DNA of 64,000 nt from Octopus sinensis (lineage: Eukaryota): contig NC_042997.1 of assembly GCF_006345805.1 (NCBI RefSeq), positions 73,718,001 through 73,782,000 of the forward strand, given 5' to 3'. Shown piece after piece: positions 12,853 through 26,567 of the stretch. The notes under the pieces are model-generated. The model was not told where the DNA came from and ran no database searches. It saw only the letters and a list, made by a program, of their open reading frames with translations. The position numbers and the translations under genes are program-made. Position 1 is the stretch's first letter, and every line of letters starts with the position of its first letter.

Positions 12853-15189
12853 ATATACATACATACATATATATATACTATATTACATTATATTACATTA
12901 TATTATATTATATTATATTATTATATTATATTATATTATATTATATTATATTATATATATTATTTTACATTGTATATATTATATTATATTATATTATGTT
13001 ATATTATATTATATTTATTTTTATTCCAAATAGAATGTGTTTTAACTGCTAAAATCAAAGTTCACTATTATTTTTTAAAGCTGAAATACATGAGATTAGT
13101 TTCTTGATTATTTCATTGATTTCTGCGATTTTGTGTCAAGTTTTACTATATCGTTTAAAATCTTTAATATCTTTTATTATTATTATTCTTATTATTATTA
13201 TTGTTGATGTTGTTGTTGTTATTATTAATTTTACTTTTTTATTTATTACTATATTATTTATTAATATTTGTTTTGACTCAATGTTTTTAGTAAATCTTAT
13301 CGTGAACCACTGACGGAATATATAAATGTCTATATTCCGTGAGGCAGTCACGCCGACCAGGAAGAAGGAAAATGCATTTCACCCGAGGACACCTTACTGC
13401 AATTAAGCACAGTGCACTGATATTAGTGCACTATATTACACAACAGAGTCTAGTAAACAAACTGGAAGCATATTCGTTGACATTGATATTTATGAAAATG
13501 TAGAAAACTAGGAGAAGAATAACATAAATAGTAATGATTTGTCCCATTTCTAAAAGGGCTCTAGTTGATTTCTTGGATACGAATTTAATATTTGTTTGGC
13601 AAACTGTAAAAGTATCTTCCAAGTTTTGCAGCCACAACTCTAAAAGACAATTATTTTTAGACTCGTTTACTTGAATTTAAAATATCTTATCGATACCTTA
13701 TTGAAAGGTAAAGTTTACCACAGAGGCTTTTAAATTTGGAATGTAAAGACATTTTTACAATACTCTAACGATTCTTGTAATATTGATAAAAAATGTTTCT
13801 AAACAAATTACATGTTAATAAAATATAATGTTATGAAAAGCCGATTTATCGATCTTGATGTCTAACATACTTATTTGGTACAAAGTCGCAAATTTTAGGC
13901 AAGAGTATAGTGGATTGTACTTTGTTATCACCTCTAAGAAGTTCAAATGCGAATTCAATATTGATAGATTTAAAGTGTATTTAACAATACATTACTAAAC
14001 ATCCTAAGGTATCAATTATTTTCCTTCTCCCTTCATTTGAAGCACAAAGAAGGGATATAGTCAATCTAATCAATCCTAGCCAATTGTGGGCTAGTAATTA
14101 TTTCGCTGTGGTGAATAATAGAAAATGTTGAACCCGGTAGAATTATAACTCAGAAGGCATATTGCAAAGCATTTTCTGGTGCTCTACTGAATGTGCTTTC
14201 TCTTGTTTTAAATCCTAAGTTTTTCATAAGAGAAAGTGGAACAGCACTTATGAACTTTTCAGGCATTCCTGGTTTGGTGATTGATGTTCATTATATTCTT
14301 GCTAGTATCTCTGATGAAAATATGACCGCGAAAGATGTTCCTGACGGTTGAACTTCTTGAGAGAAACATAATGTTGAATATTTTAGAATTTGGGCTGAAG
14401 ATTTTAGAAGTTCGCTTGAGAACTGAGTGTTTCCGAATTCAATTCCACTGAATAGGAATTCTAGCATGTATTATCTCCATTTGTCTCAAGGTGATCAATA
14501 TTTTGTGACTGAAATTTGCTATGCGGTATTGTGTCGAAGCCGCATATGTGTGTGTGTGTGGTGTGTGTGTGTGTGCACGTGTATATGTATGTGCACGTAT
14601 ATCTATGTGTCCTCTTTTCTTATTTATTAGAATCCTTCCTAGAACGAGGGAGCTGATTTCTAGCAGTGAAAAAAAATCTCCAACCCTGGAATTTGTAATT
14701 GTTACGCATTTCATTTTAGAGAAATTTTGCATATTTTTTCTGTTCGTCATACAGATTACATTTGTAAAATTTGTGTCAGCTGGTCCCTTTCTTTGCCTCA
14801 AAATCCAAGGTCTTCTAGACTGTCGTTTACACATTTACTAGCATAAACAAGGTCCGCAATGATAGCTAGTAAAAAATATGAATATGTAATCAGAGGAAAG
14901 GAGCTGCAGGTTTCGAAGCAATTTTCAATATATATACTTTCCTCGCTGATTTTGGAAGAAATGTCCACATCTGCAGGGTAGCACCTGCAGGGTAGCTAAC
15001 CTATGTGACTGTAAATGACATTTATTTTCTATCCAAAATAAATATATCAGGCCTATGTTTCTACTTAGTAGAAGTCTTGATGGGAGTACTCCAACAACAC
15101 CCCTTGTGTTAATATGTATATTTTTAGTAGCAGACATGTTTGTATGTATCCAAGAGCAGTATTTTCCGCAGATGGAACTATATATATTC

Positions 15190-15389
15190 TTTTCTACTCT
15201 TGGCACAAGGCCCGAAATTTTAGTGGAGGGGACCAATCGATTAGATCAACCTCAGTACACAACTAATACTTAATTTATCGACCCCGAAAGGATGAAGGAC
15301 AAAGTCTACCTCAACGGAATTTGAACTCAAAACGAAATACCGCTACGAATTTCGCCCGGCGTGCTAACGTTTCAACCAGCTCACTACCA
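15190..15389 (-). mobile_element. SINE of a second octopus family
   Basis: Shares ACAAGGCC...CCCC(G/A)..GAAAGG.TGAA..CAAA.TC.A.CTC..C.GAATT with the copy at 24760-24940. Confidence 0.7.
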
Positions 15390-16728
15390 CGGCACTATAT
15401 TGTCTTATCAACAACATCATGCCGCACAAGGGGGTAGTAACTTGATGGCCTTTTTTTGGACAACTTCTGATTACGTCCTCCACAGAAGTGTCACATAATA
15501 GTGAGAAGCAGTTGTTCTTTGGGGCTTCTATGGTTTCACTGCCGCGTTCATTAGATATTTTGCAAGTATTACTCTTAAACTACAAAAGCGTAGCGTTCGA
15601 TCTGTGACGTGATGTATCAGTGATGAATTCATGTAAGGCAACATATAATTATCATTCTTGTCAAGATCACGGGAAAATACACATGCTTGACCTTTTGTGA
15701 TATTTTCATTGTTTCTCTTCAAAGTTTTTGCAAGATATGTTAGCCTTGCACTTCATCATAAGAGGTCATCTGGAAATGAATGTTTCTTGAAGGAGTTCAC
15801 TACCAACCCACAAGATGCTATTGACTTTATTTTTCAGGACTTATTTTATGTATTTATATTTGTTGCCATTGTTTGGTATGTGCTGTCTGAGTAATATAAT
15901 ATGGATGTAGAAGGCTCTCTGTATTGATCTCAATGCACTCCTTTCATCTTTCTTCTGAGATAGTATCTATCATTATCACAGTTTAGAGTGAGGTTTCCTG
16001 TTGATGTCCGAATGCTGTGAATTTTAATGTTAATAGCACCAATTGCCACTAAATGTATGTAGTTGTGTGTATACATGTAGGCATGTGTGTGTCTGTATAT
16101 GTATGCATTTTCGCTTGTATATAATAGCGAAGAATAATTGGCAAGAAACCGAAAATGGCTCCATTCTCTTCTCTCTCACCGCCAAAAATGCAATGAGCTG
16201 ATATAAGTATTGTCCACAAATTTGGATTTAAACTAAACTAAAAACAAAGTTCTTAGTGTAACAGTCTGACAGCTGTGGCACTGTAAAGGTGGCAGAAGGC
16301 GAGGTGGTTGGGTACAACATCTCTAACCTTAGGAATAACGTTCTTAGAGAAAAATTGATTTAATACTTTAATGGATGATATGTCATTCACCGAGAAGCAA
16401 ACAGTGTGGCATTGATAAATTGGAGTAAGTGATACGAGATTTATTTTGAGTAGCTCATCTAATTAAAGCATGACGGACAATTTTCTGTTTTAGACTTTTC
16501 TTTTTAACCATTTTCTGCCTTGGAAGGGAGGACAAACACTCTCTGACTTGCCGAGTTCTTCTGGTCATTATCTGTACACATCCCAACACTCACCACCCAA
16601 ATGATATATTTGGATATATATAGCATAAAACAATGATGTACATATTTTTAAAGCACTTGGATAGAGTAAATAAATTTTTCGCAATTTATTTTACTTGGAA
16701 GGACTCTAAAATGTTTTTTTTTTTACTT

Positions 16729-16747
16729 TTATCTTTCTTTTCTGCAG
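16729..16747 (+). promoter_or_regulatory. 3' splice acceptor (polypyrimidine tract + CAG) of the GPCR coding exon
   Basis: Long T/C-rich run ending in TTTTCTGCAG, 2 nt before the ATG. Confidence 0.75.
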
Positions 16748-16749
16748 TT

Positions 16750-17541
16750 ATGGAAATTATGGCTGCCACTGAACTATCAACGAAACTACCAAAGACCGAC
16801 CAGGAATATCTGCTGACCTTGGAAACAGATGTTAATGGTACATTCAATACTACTTATGATAATGGTATTCTGTATGAAGTACCAACTGGACTCGTTGTAA
16901 TTTTGGCCATGCTCTATGGCGCGATTTCCATTCTCGCGGTACTTGGCAACGGACTGGTAATTTTAGTAATCGTCAAGAATAAAAGAATGCAGACAGTTAC
17001 TAATCTTTTCATATCAAACTTGGCTGTTGCTGATGTAATAACTGGCATGTTTGCAATACCCTTCCAGTTCCAGGCAGCATTATTACAACAATGGATCTTT
17101 GCCCATTTCCTTTGTTCACTTGCTCCTTTTGTTCTAACAATGTCAGTGTCCGTTTCAGTCTTAACTCTAACAGTCATTGCAGTTGATCGATATTTTGCTG
17201 TTCTTCATCCACTCAAGCAGCGATTTACAAAACGCACTGCTGTTATTTTGGTCACCGCTATATGGATAATATGTTCGACTTCTAGTTTGCCTGAAGCATT
17301 GTTTCGTAAAGTAATTCCCATTTACCCCAAACCCCTTGTTTTCTGTACCACTGACTGGCCAACTCATCCACCAAACTTTGCTAAAGCTTATCACTTATAT
17401 CTCTTATTTGCACAGTATTTGCTTCCGTTGGTAATCATCAGTTTTGCCTATCTACGTATTGGTTGCCATATTTGGATGTTAGAAAATCCTGGCATTGCCG
17501 TTAACAACCAGAATGACATACGCTCAAGAAATAAACGAAAA
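16750..17541 (+). CDS. Lkr: Coding exon (N-terminus to TM5/start of IL3) of a rhodopsin-class neuropeptide GPCR, leucokinin/lymnokinin receptor-like; partial gene
   Basis: Pyrimidine tract and TCTGCAG acceptor (AG 16746-47) precede ATG 16750. Motifs: GNGLV (TM1), NLAVADV (TM2), IPFQFQAALLQQW (characteristic of leucokinin receptors), AVDRY (TM3), W..SSLP (TM4), YLLPLVIISFAY (TM5), N-glycosylation sequons NGT/NTT. Ends at ...RSRNKRK|GTGAGT (donor 17542, phase 0). The ORF-track extensions on both sides are intronic. Confidence 0.88.
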
Positions 17542-17547
17542 GTGAGT
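17542..17547 (+). promoter_or_regulatory. 5' splice donor GTGAGT after the GPCR exon
   Basis: AAA|GTGAGT at the point where GPCR similarity ends and microsatellite begins. Confidence 0.85.
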
Positions 17548-17562
17548 AGTTTTCAGCAGCAT

Positions 17563-17746
<184 letters not shown>

Positions 17747-18379
17747 GTGTTTAGAAAGAGAACGTTTGTTCATGGCTTGTAAGTTTTCTTAAAAATATGT
17801 AGTTTTGTTATTTGGTATTCGAATTTTGGTTGGAGTGTTTACTAAATAAACCAGCTCGCTTTGCTTAAGGCGAGCTGGTCTGACAAACGATTCGCCCTTT
17901 AAGGATGAATTTGAGATGTAAAACTTGTAATTTAATATTTTAATGCAAAGAAAAAATAACAAATCGAGGAAAGTGATGTCTGTTGGAACAGCCATGATGT
18001 CATAATTTTCCTACCACTAGTTGATATAGTCGAGAGACAAATCACAGACAACAACAACAGCAACAGAAGAAACAACAGCAGTGACGAGCAGGATAAAATT
18101 TAAAATGACACAAGCACCAGACCAGGGATGACTTTGGGTTCTTGTCGGAGTGTATCAATAATTCCATTCTCATGCTTGGCCAATTTTTCTTTCCCATTTT
18201 GTACTCTTGGAGAGTTACTGTTTTGTACTCTAAACTGTGCATTACGGTTGCCACCAGCAAAGAAGTGTCTACTTCTGGTGGTATTCCTGATTCCTATATT
18301 TTAACCACGCTCCGACTGAGGCACTTGAGAAAGGCACCGCAGCGGACGTTCGAGATCAGCGTTGGATGCTCTGCCCTAC

Positions 18380-19335
18380 GAACTTTACTTACATGCCAGA
18401 TTTGTTTAGCGGGCTCTTAGTAAATATCCATTGTAACTGGCAGCAGTTAGTTCAGTGGGTCGAGGAGCGGTTACACTGCTAAGAAAGGAGTCAAGCAATG
18501 GAGATGAAACAGAAAGTTTTAGGCCTATAACAATGCTGAACGCAGATTTCAAAATTTTGGCCATGATGCTAGTGAAGTGGTTGGCGCTTGTAGTCGAGGA
18601 ACTGATTGGTGATGTGTAAACATGCGCTGCCCCAAGTAGATTCATCCAAGACAACCTCTACTTTATGCGATACGTCATAGACAAAGCGGATAAAGAAACT
18701 GGCATAGATGGGGCCCTGGTCATTTTGGATCATCAAAAGCTTTCTCACAGCGGCTGGCTTCGGTCCCGTTTTCCATGGTTGGATTGCCTCAGTATACAGC
18801 AACATTTGCTCGATGGTTCGGGTGAATGGTTACCTATTGGAACTATTCAATACCATGCGTTCGGTCCATCAAGGGTGTCTGCTCTTGTCTCTTCTGTATG
18901 TACTGGCTCTAGGGCCACGCTGCAAAAACTGTAGGCGTTGGGAGGCATCCTAGAGGTCATGGGAAAATCGTGTGGCGTATGCGAACGACGCCACTATCAT
19001 ACTGTCGAACACCAAGCACATAGTTCTGATCGGCACTGCTCTAAAAGAATACGTGGCGATAACATGAGTAAAAGTCAACCAAGAAAAGTTAGTGGGCCTA
19101 CAGCTCGACACCAAGAGAAGCAGGTCTTTCCCGTCTAATAACGTCGCGGGATACTGGACTGTTAAATTACTTGGAGTCTGGTTTGGTACGGATCTCCAGA
19201 CAGAGAAAAAGTGGGAGGAAGTGATGAGCTGGGCAACCAGTCTCATCCAGAAATGGGCCGAGAGAAAGTTGTTTCTGAAAGGTTGAGCAGAGGTAATGAA
19301 TACACACATCGTATCCGTTTTATATTACCGCCTGA
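18380..19335 (+). mobile_element. Tx1/L1-clade non-LTR retrotransposon RT relic
   Basis: FRPITMLNADFKILA, AAGFGP..WI, RSVHQGC..SLLYVLAL, AYANDATII (AYADD-like) and KLLGVWFG across frameshifts. Confidence 0.85.
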
Positions 19336-19469
19336 GTCTGACCAAACTGGGGTGTATACTTTTCTACTTTCTGTAGAGGCACTGCATTTGCTGTCAACAT
19401 CTGCTGGATGGAGAACTGAGCATTTAGGGTTTGATCCAGTAATCGACTGGTTCCACTGCATCTAGAATA

Positions 19470-20510
19470 AAGCAGCCTGCAGGCTTACCCAGTTCTATAT
19501 CATGGATTTCTACACTTCAATATCAAAATCTCCCCTCCTAAAAGCTCTGGATGCTGGTAGGCAATTCACCAAGATCAGAAACTTTACTATCAGAATCATC
19601 ATGAACACTACAAAACCAATCTTGCTTCACGATAATTCCTACTGGATAAATAATGAAATTGGTTCATCAAAGTAATCTTTTTGGGACAGAACCACCCAAT
19701 AGAGGATATCGAATACATGAGCAATCGATTACAGAAATTCTCATAGGTTAAAACTGAAATTCGTTGCTTAGTGTTATCAAAATTGCATTTGATGTTGCGT
19801 TTCATCGACTACATTGAATAATTTAACACAGTGTATCCGAGGCATACGATTTAAAGAGCTCAAAGACACCACGGTCATCGATAGAAATTATCCGCCATCT
19901 TTAATAAATAATTGAATCGAACGCGACAAAGAAAATTAATATCCTGAAAGTAAGACAAGCAAAACAAATAAATATACCGGAAATTGAAAGTTTTACCACA
20001 TATTCCTACCCAAAAGACTGGAATCAATGAAACCTACAACATTGTTTTATGAAATAGACCAACATTGAAAAAGACCCCACGATAAATAATATTTTACAGC
20101 ACATACCGTTATAAAGAGCAAAATGCAATCCGAATCAATGAAAACAATATTAACAAATATCGATCACAACAGCTATCAATAAAAGTGTCAACGATTCAAT
20201 TCTGGCATATGTTTAAATTTGCCAGTAGTATTGGACATACGTTTTAAAGAGGGATAACTTACCAAAATATATTTTGTCGTGCTTCGAAAAAATTACGAAG
20301 TAGCATGTTCATGTTTTGGAGTAAAATATATGGAGCAAACCGGGATAACCTTAATAGAATGAATGACTTCGCAAGGACAAGAAATTTGGGGATAAATATA
20401 GAGGAAAATAGTCCCCAGCCAACAAACAGACGCATATATCGGAAAGAAACAACCAAGTCTTACGATCTTTCCCTTCTCTCAATTTATTGATTACACTTTC
20501 CAACAATAAT
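19470..20510 (+). mobile_element. PLE relics: RT fragment and GIY-YIG fragment
   Basis: TQFYIMDFYTSISKSPLLKALD (RT, ~19490-19620); ACSCFGVKYMEQTGITLIE*MT (endonuclease, ~20300-20510). May be two separate elements. Confidence 0.55.
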
Positions 20511-21199
20511 GAATTCATCGCCAGTTGATTGATACTGTTGCTGCATCTACAATTACTATTACTACTACTGCCATAGTCATTACTATTATCATTACTGGTA
20601 TAAAGTGGGGAACAAGCCTCTCCTACATTTATCGCCTCTGCTATTTTTACTGACTCCAACTATTGTTTTTTACTAATATTGTTTCAGCTGCTAGGACTGC
20701 TGCTGTTGCATCTGTTGCAGCTATTTCATCTGATATGATCTCAATCACAGCCACTACAACTGCTGCTATTATTATTGTTGCAACCACTTTAAGTCTTTTT
20801 CCATCCTTTAGGAACCACTTTTTAAATATCTAGACTACCAATAAGTAACAATTAATAACCCTTACAGCTAATATTGTTTAATCCTACTATGACTACAACA
20901 GCCTATGTTTTTTAATATAAATTTACGGGTGTTGAAACCTCTCAAGTATAATATAAACAAGTAATATTGACTCGCTTATATTGCGATCCCAAAACGAAAT
21001 GCGACCTCACTTTAGCTACATATGTCTATGTCATACATTTCACAATCATAGCATTTTGTTTTTACACTCAAAGGTAATACTACAAGCACATTTTGATTCA
21101 GATGTGTTGCATCAACATCATGTGTATCTTTGAGATGAATTTATCCACACACACACACATATACGATGCACACATACATACACATGTATATAGAGACAC

Positions 21200-21430
21200 A
21201 GGAGAGGCTGTGCGGTAAAGAAGTTTGCATCCCAAGCACATAGTTCTGGGTTCAACCCACTGTGTGACACGTTGGACGAGTGTCCATTACTATTGTCTCG
21301 ACCCGACCAAAGCCTTGTGAGTGGATTTCGCAGACAGAAACTGAAAGAAGCCCGACGTATATATATATATATATATTCGCGGCAGTGCCCCAGTATGGCT
21401 GCAGTCAAATAACTGAAACAAGTAAAAAAT
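21200..21430 (+). mobile_element. SINE, internally deleted
   Basis: Head GGCTGTGCGGTAAAGAAG and tail CAGTCAAATAACTGAAACAAG. Confidence 0.75.
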
Positions 21431-21999
21431 TAAATGAATACAAGCACTCAAACACACACACACAGACACACACACACACACACATGTATACTCACGTACA
21501 TATATACCTTAATATTGAACAGTGAGAATGAGTGTTCAACACTGCATTGATGGATAAATATTCTTTATTTGCATGTTAACCTGGCTACCATTGATTTCAT
21601 GGTAGCGATCATATTTTCATCCAAGCTGGAGACGAACATCAATGTTCCATGTGACAAGCTTGATAATAGCTAAAAGACAACTCTCTTACCACGTAGGCTG
21701 GTATACACACACACACACACATATATATATATATGTGTATATAATATATATATATGCATACATATGCATATATATATTTATATATATACATGAATATATA
21801 TACTTAATAATTAGGGTCCAGCAAACATTTGCTTTATCACATACCGAAGTTTAGAAATAGCAGCCAAAAAACGTTAGCTATTTCTTCTACTTTAAAAAGG
21901 TACTCCCAGAAAAACCAAAATACTTGAAAACAATCCACACAGGCAGAGAGGAAAAAAGTAACGAAAATCAATCAATATCTGGTCACCTATGGACGCAAA

Positions 22000-22625
22000 A
22001 TGAAAATGACATTGATGTCTCATTTTAACAGATGTATGTACCAAAATTGCATAAAAATATCTTCAAATACGAAAGAGTAAATTTACTTAATAAAATTGCC
22101 ATTAGCTTCAACCAACGACTTCAGAATCTCCTGCAACTCTTCTGGACGGACTTTTTGTTTAAGTTGGTGAATGCTGACATAGTCCTTGCTTTCGGTTAAC
22201 TTCGGTGTTACGAGGAGTTTTGTTGGTCTCTAACTCAACTGCGTCCCACACCTAATAATCAAGTGGTTTGCATTTTGGGGAGTTAAGTGGCCAGATGTTA
22301 GGGATGATGTAGTCGCAGAAAGTGTCTGATAGCCATTACTGATTTCTCCTACTTGTGTGGCATGGTGTAGAATCTTGTTGAAAGACATAGCGTCTTCCAG
22401 CAGCCACCCTTTTGACCCAGAGCAGCACTACTCCTCAAGGCATCTGATGTAGGCTTCCGTGTTGTGTCTGATGAATGGGGAAGATGAATGGAGGCATATC
22501 GTCACCATCACTAGTGATCACTCTAAGCACTATAATGTATTACCAGCCTGATAAGAAATTCAAACAATGCCATGTCTCTGGGGATGGACCTGATTGACTT
22601 GGAGGGATCGTTGTCAATCATGACT
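22000..22625 (-). mobile_element. maT-like (DD37D) Tc1/mariner transposase relic
   Basis: DPSKSIRSI..D, GDDMPPFIFP, WVKRVAAGRRYVFQQDSTPCHTSRR, NIWPLNS, LVEANGNFIK. Confidence 0.75.
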
Positions 22626-22694
22626 TGGGTCTCACCAACAAATGCAGGGGTTCTTTTCTTATCAGAACTACCAGAATGAGGTTTAGGCTAGCTT

Positions 22695-22890
22695 GCGAGG
22701 ACGTAAACACACCAATAACGGTTGTCAAGCGACGATGGGGACAAACACAAACACAAAGATACACGCACACATACATACACGATGAAATACTTTCAGTTTC
22801 CCTCTACCATTTGCATTAACAATGGTTTGGTCAAATATAGTAGAAGACACTTGCCTAAGGAGCCACGTTGTGGGATTGAACTCGGAACTG
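22695..22890 (-). mobile_element. SINE, deleted copy
   Basis: GACGTAAACACACCA..GGTTGTCAAGCGA and AGAAGACACTTGCC blocks. Confidence 0.7.
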
Positions 22891-24318
22891 TTTTGAAACT
22901 CATCGTGCTTTTGTAATTGTTAATTACTTGTTTTGCTTTTTAAATTTCGACTATATTATCCAATTCAGTTGCGCTAAATTTTGATCGGTTTCATATGGTT
23001 AATCTCAAATGTATTCATAGAAAGGATCAAGTTCTTATCTTTTAATGAAGTATCTATGTTTTTGTTTCTTACAATCGACGCCTCATCGTTATTCTTACCG
23101 TTTTGATATTCTGTGTGCCACAATTTTCTGCAGAATACTGCAATATCGAGGAGTTTTTGTAGATTTAAATTCTTTTGATAGTAAATTAATTTGTTGTGTC
23201 GTTAATATTTATGTAAATTATAATTTATAATTTTCATTACATTTTGTTTTTTCCTGTATGTATCACCACCCATCTCTATTCTTGTAGACAGGCTTTACAA
23301 AGTTTCGCTGTGAATTTGCTTTTTATTTTTCATCGTAGGAGGGAATTAGGACTAATGTCGATTCTGAGAATATTTTTTTTCTTGTTTTACTTCGGTTTTG
23401 TAAGGTACTTTTGACACTGGTTTGAGGATGATTTATTAAAAGGTTGGTCTTTTATTATTACATTCTTTAGATCAACTTTCATTTGGTTTTCTTCGTGTCA
23501 ATATGATCAATAGGAAACAATATATTACTAATGCCACAACTGCTAATATTGTTGCCACTAATATGACTACAAGAGATATCAGAGAGAAACGAGCATCTTC
23601 AATAAAAGTTTTAGTATAAAAAGCGTGTGAATTTTCAAAGCTATGCATGCAAGATTTATTTCTTTTAATTCATTTCCTCGTTTATTTCCATGATCAAGTG
23701 ATATAACTGAAACCGATAACATCCTTTTCAAAACTGCAGACAAACCCAACCTTTTATGATAATGTCGTCAAAGCATTTACCTCATGTGTATGCATATGTA
23801 GCATACAAATATGTGTGATGTGTGTGTGCGTGTGTTTGTGTGTGTTTGTATGTATTTCATCGATATATATATATAAACAACATACTCAAGAAAAAATATT
23901 TAGACATTCACAGAAAAAAACCTTCTGTGAATCAATTTGTATTCTTAATCGTCTGTAAGATTCATCGAGAGTAATTTCAATGTTGTAAATAAATTGCTTG
24001 TAATTTTATCGCTAGTTAAGTATATTTCAAGCCAATACTTGTAGACATATTCACAGTCCTGTTTTTTTATCCATGACGTAAAAATACTGCTAAAGTTTAC
24101 ACGTATATTTTTTTTTATTTTTAGAGAATGATTGTATAATTGCTTGCTTCTATTTTTTGTAAACATGCGCGAGACAAACTTTTGAATTTTTCTCAATAAT
24201 TTGACGTGCCAGAATGCTTATTGAAATATAATTGCACTGACAACGATGAAATCCCACGTAATCTTCATTATTTATATATAACTCCAAACCTTGCACACAC
24301 ACACACACACACACACAA

Positions 24319-24396
<78 letters not shown>

Positions 24397-24759
24397 TATA
24401 TATATAATTCATTACGTAAAAACGTAACTCCAATTATATATGAAATTTAGATTTGGCAGAAAGTAAAATGAGCAACTTTGTATAGAAACATTTTGTATAT
24501 TCATAATTTAGTGAAATAATATATATAAAATAACACGTGCTGAAATGAAATGTTACAAATATCGAAAGCAACAATAATAATTTTCATGATACTAAATGTT
24601 AGCATGAAGTATCTGGCTTTCAACCGTCATCATTTCTTCAATGAATTAGATATAATAAGGAAATTTAGTTGATACCTGACATGGTCGTAAACGTCCAACA
24701 TATTTACTAAATAACCTCACCGTGGAAAGTAAAAGACGAAAAAAGTGTCTAATGTTAAT

Positions 24760-24940
24760 TTTAAATTTTGGTACAAGGCCAGTAATTTCGAGTGAGGCGG
24801 GTAAGTCGATTACATCAACCCCACCGAAAGGTTGAAAGGCAAAATCGATCTCGGCAGAATTAGAACTCTTGACGTAAATACGGATGAAATGCCACTGAGC
24901 ATTTTCCCTGATGTGTTTACAATTCTGCCAGCTTACCGCC
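24760..24940 (-). mobile_element. SINE of the second family
   Basis: Ends ...CTGCCAGCTTACCGCC; similar to 15190-15389. Confidence 0.7.
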
Positions 24941-25480
24941 TTAAAAGTATCTAATAATAATATCATTCAACCTGATTTTGTAATAAGTAGTAGAGCTGAA
25001 ACTTAAAATGAAATTTTGCAGAACTGTAAAGTATATTCGAGTAGTGGTGAATGTAAAAGAAACCAGAAATATCTCTGTTCACTGTGAGGTTGTACAATAA
25101 ACATTACAGACGTTTACGACTGTCTTATATATCCAAGAAATTTTATAAATTTACAAAATTATTTACTGTAAATATACTCCATAATAAATCTTAATATGAA
25201 AAGTAAACACTGCATATCAGTAATTAACGTAATTCGTATAATATACGCAAATTTCCATTTGAAAATTCTATAGTTATGGCCTTTCAAAATCGTATATGGG
25301 AACACACACACACACACTAACACGAATTTATACACATCCTCACACATATTTACACTAACACACACATATATACAAAGTAAATGATACATGCCCACAATGC
25401 CATTCCTTAGGATTCCTGAAAATGTATGATTGCCAAGAGAATTTCTTGCCCATGCAATCATTTCTATAAAGGCAGGCGCG

Positions 25481-25519
<39 letters not shown>

Positions 25520-25984
25520 GCACTCTTACATGCGCATGTGTGCATATGTGGAAGTGTATGTATTGAAACTATTCTTCCAAATGCTTGTATATTATCCATG
25601 ACAAAGCATTCTACTTACTTCTTTGTTTTCCATTCACTTTTGTGGTTGTTTGTTCTCCGCCAGCCAGGATGGATATGTAACTTCAACTTTTTACTTGTAA
25701 AAAATTAAGCATACATAATAGTTTAAATACACAAATTAATGTAGCTGCATTATAGTGGAATAGTTAGAAATTCGCTTAGCCATCACAAAGTGCCATGTTC
25801 GATTCAGCAGCCTGGTATATATGTAACTGTAATTCAAAGACCAGCTATATCGCAAACAGTCACGCCGATCCTGCATGATAATTATATTTAAGTGTATACG
25901 TGTCGATGGAATAATCTCCTAACTCAAGAAACCTGAGAGTTTAGTTGATCAAACAACTGAACACACATAATCTGTATGGCAGAT

Positions 25985-26290
25985 GACACTCCGTTGGCTA
26001 CGATGACAAGGGTTTCAGTTGATCCGATTAATGGAATACCCTGCCCGTGAAATTAACGTGCATGTTGCTGAGTACTCCACACTCGTACCCTTAACGTACT
26101 CCTCAAGGAGATTTAGCGTGTAACAAAGTGTGACAAGGCTGATCCTTTGAAATACAGGAACTACTCATTTTACCAGCTAAGTAACCTGGAGCAACGTGAA
26201 ATAAAGTGTTTTTCTCAAGGACACAACGCATCGCCTGGAATTGAACTCACAACTTTACGATCTTGAGCCGAATACCCTAAGCCACGCGTC
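25985..26290 (-). mobile_element. SINE of a third family (related core to 1531-1817)
   Basis: GGAGCAACGTGAAATAAAGTGT..CTCAAGGACACAACGC; near-copy at 35958-36262. Confidence 0.8.
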
Positions 26291-26316
26291 TAGACCCTAA
26301 GCCACGCGTCTATCTG

Positions 26317-26368
<52 letters not shown>

Positions 26369-26371
<3 letters not shown>

Positions 26372-26531
26372 GGTCCCGGGTTGAGTCGAGGTTAACCACA
26401 GTGAATAAAGTACTCAATACATAGCAGAGTAAAGTAATTTATTTTATAGAAGGAGCTTCTACAGGACTAGAACTGTTTCATTCCAATGAAATCTTCAGGA
26501 AGTTCTAGTCCTGTAGAAGCTCCTTCTATAA

Positions 26532-26536
<5 letters not shown>
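26369..26536 (-). mobile_element. Short PLE-like pLTR end with a perfect 36-bp fold-back, inserted in (TA)n
   Basis: 26439-26474 is the exact reverse complement of 26501-26536; the spacer reads CTGAAGA..GAAAC on the minus strand. Confidence 0.65.

Positions 26537-26567
<31 letters not shown>

Noticed and set aside
13309-13345. CTGACGGAATATA...TATATTCCGT hairpin resembling a hammerhead
   Set aside because: It lacks the GAAA and a correct CUGANGA core; only a 10-bp stem is supported.
16633-16749. Upstream in-frame extension of the GPCR ORF
   Set aside because: It overlaps the polypyrimidine tract and acceptor, so it is most simply intronic.
21561-21605. FFICMLTWLPLISW* resembling GPCR TM6 (CWLP)
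   Set aside because: It is bounded by in-frame stops, has no suitable splice sites and no TM7 follows.
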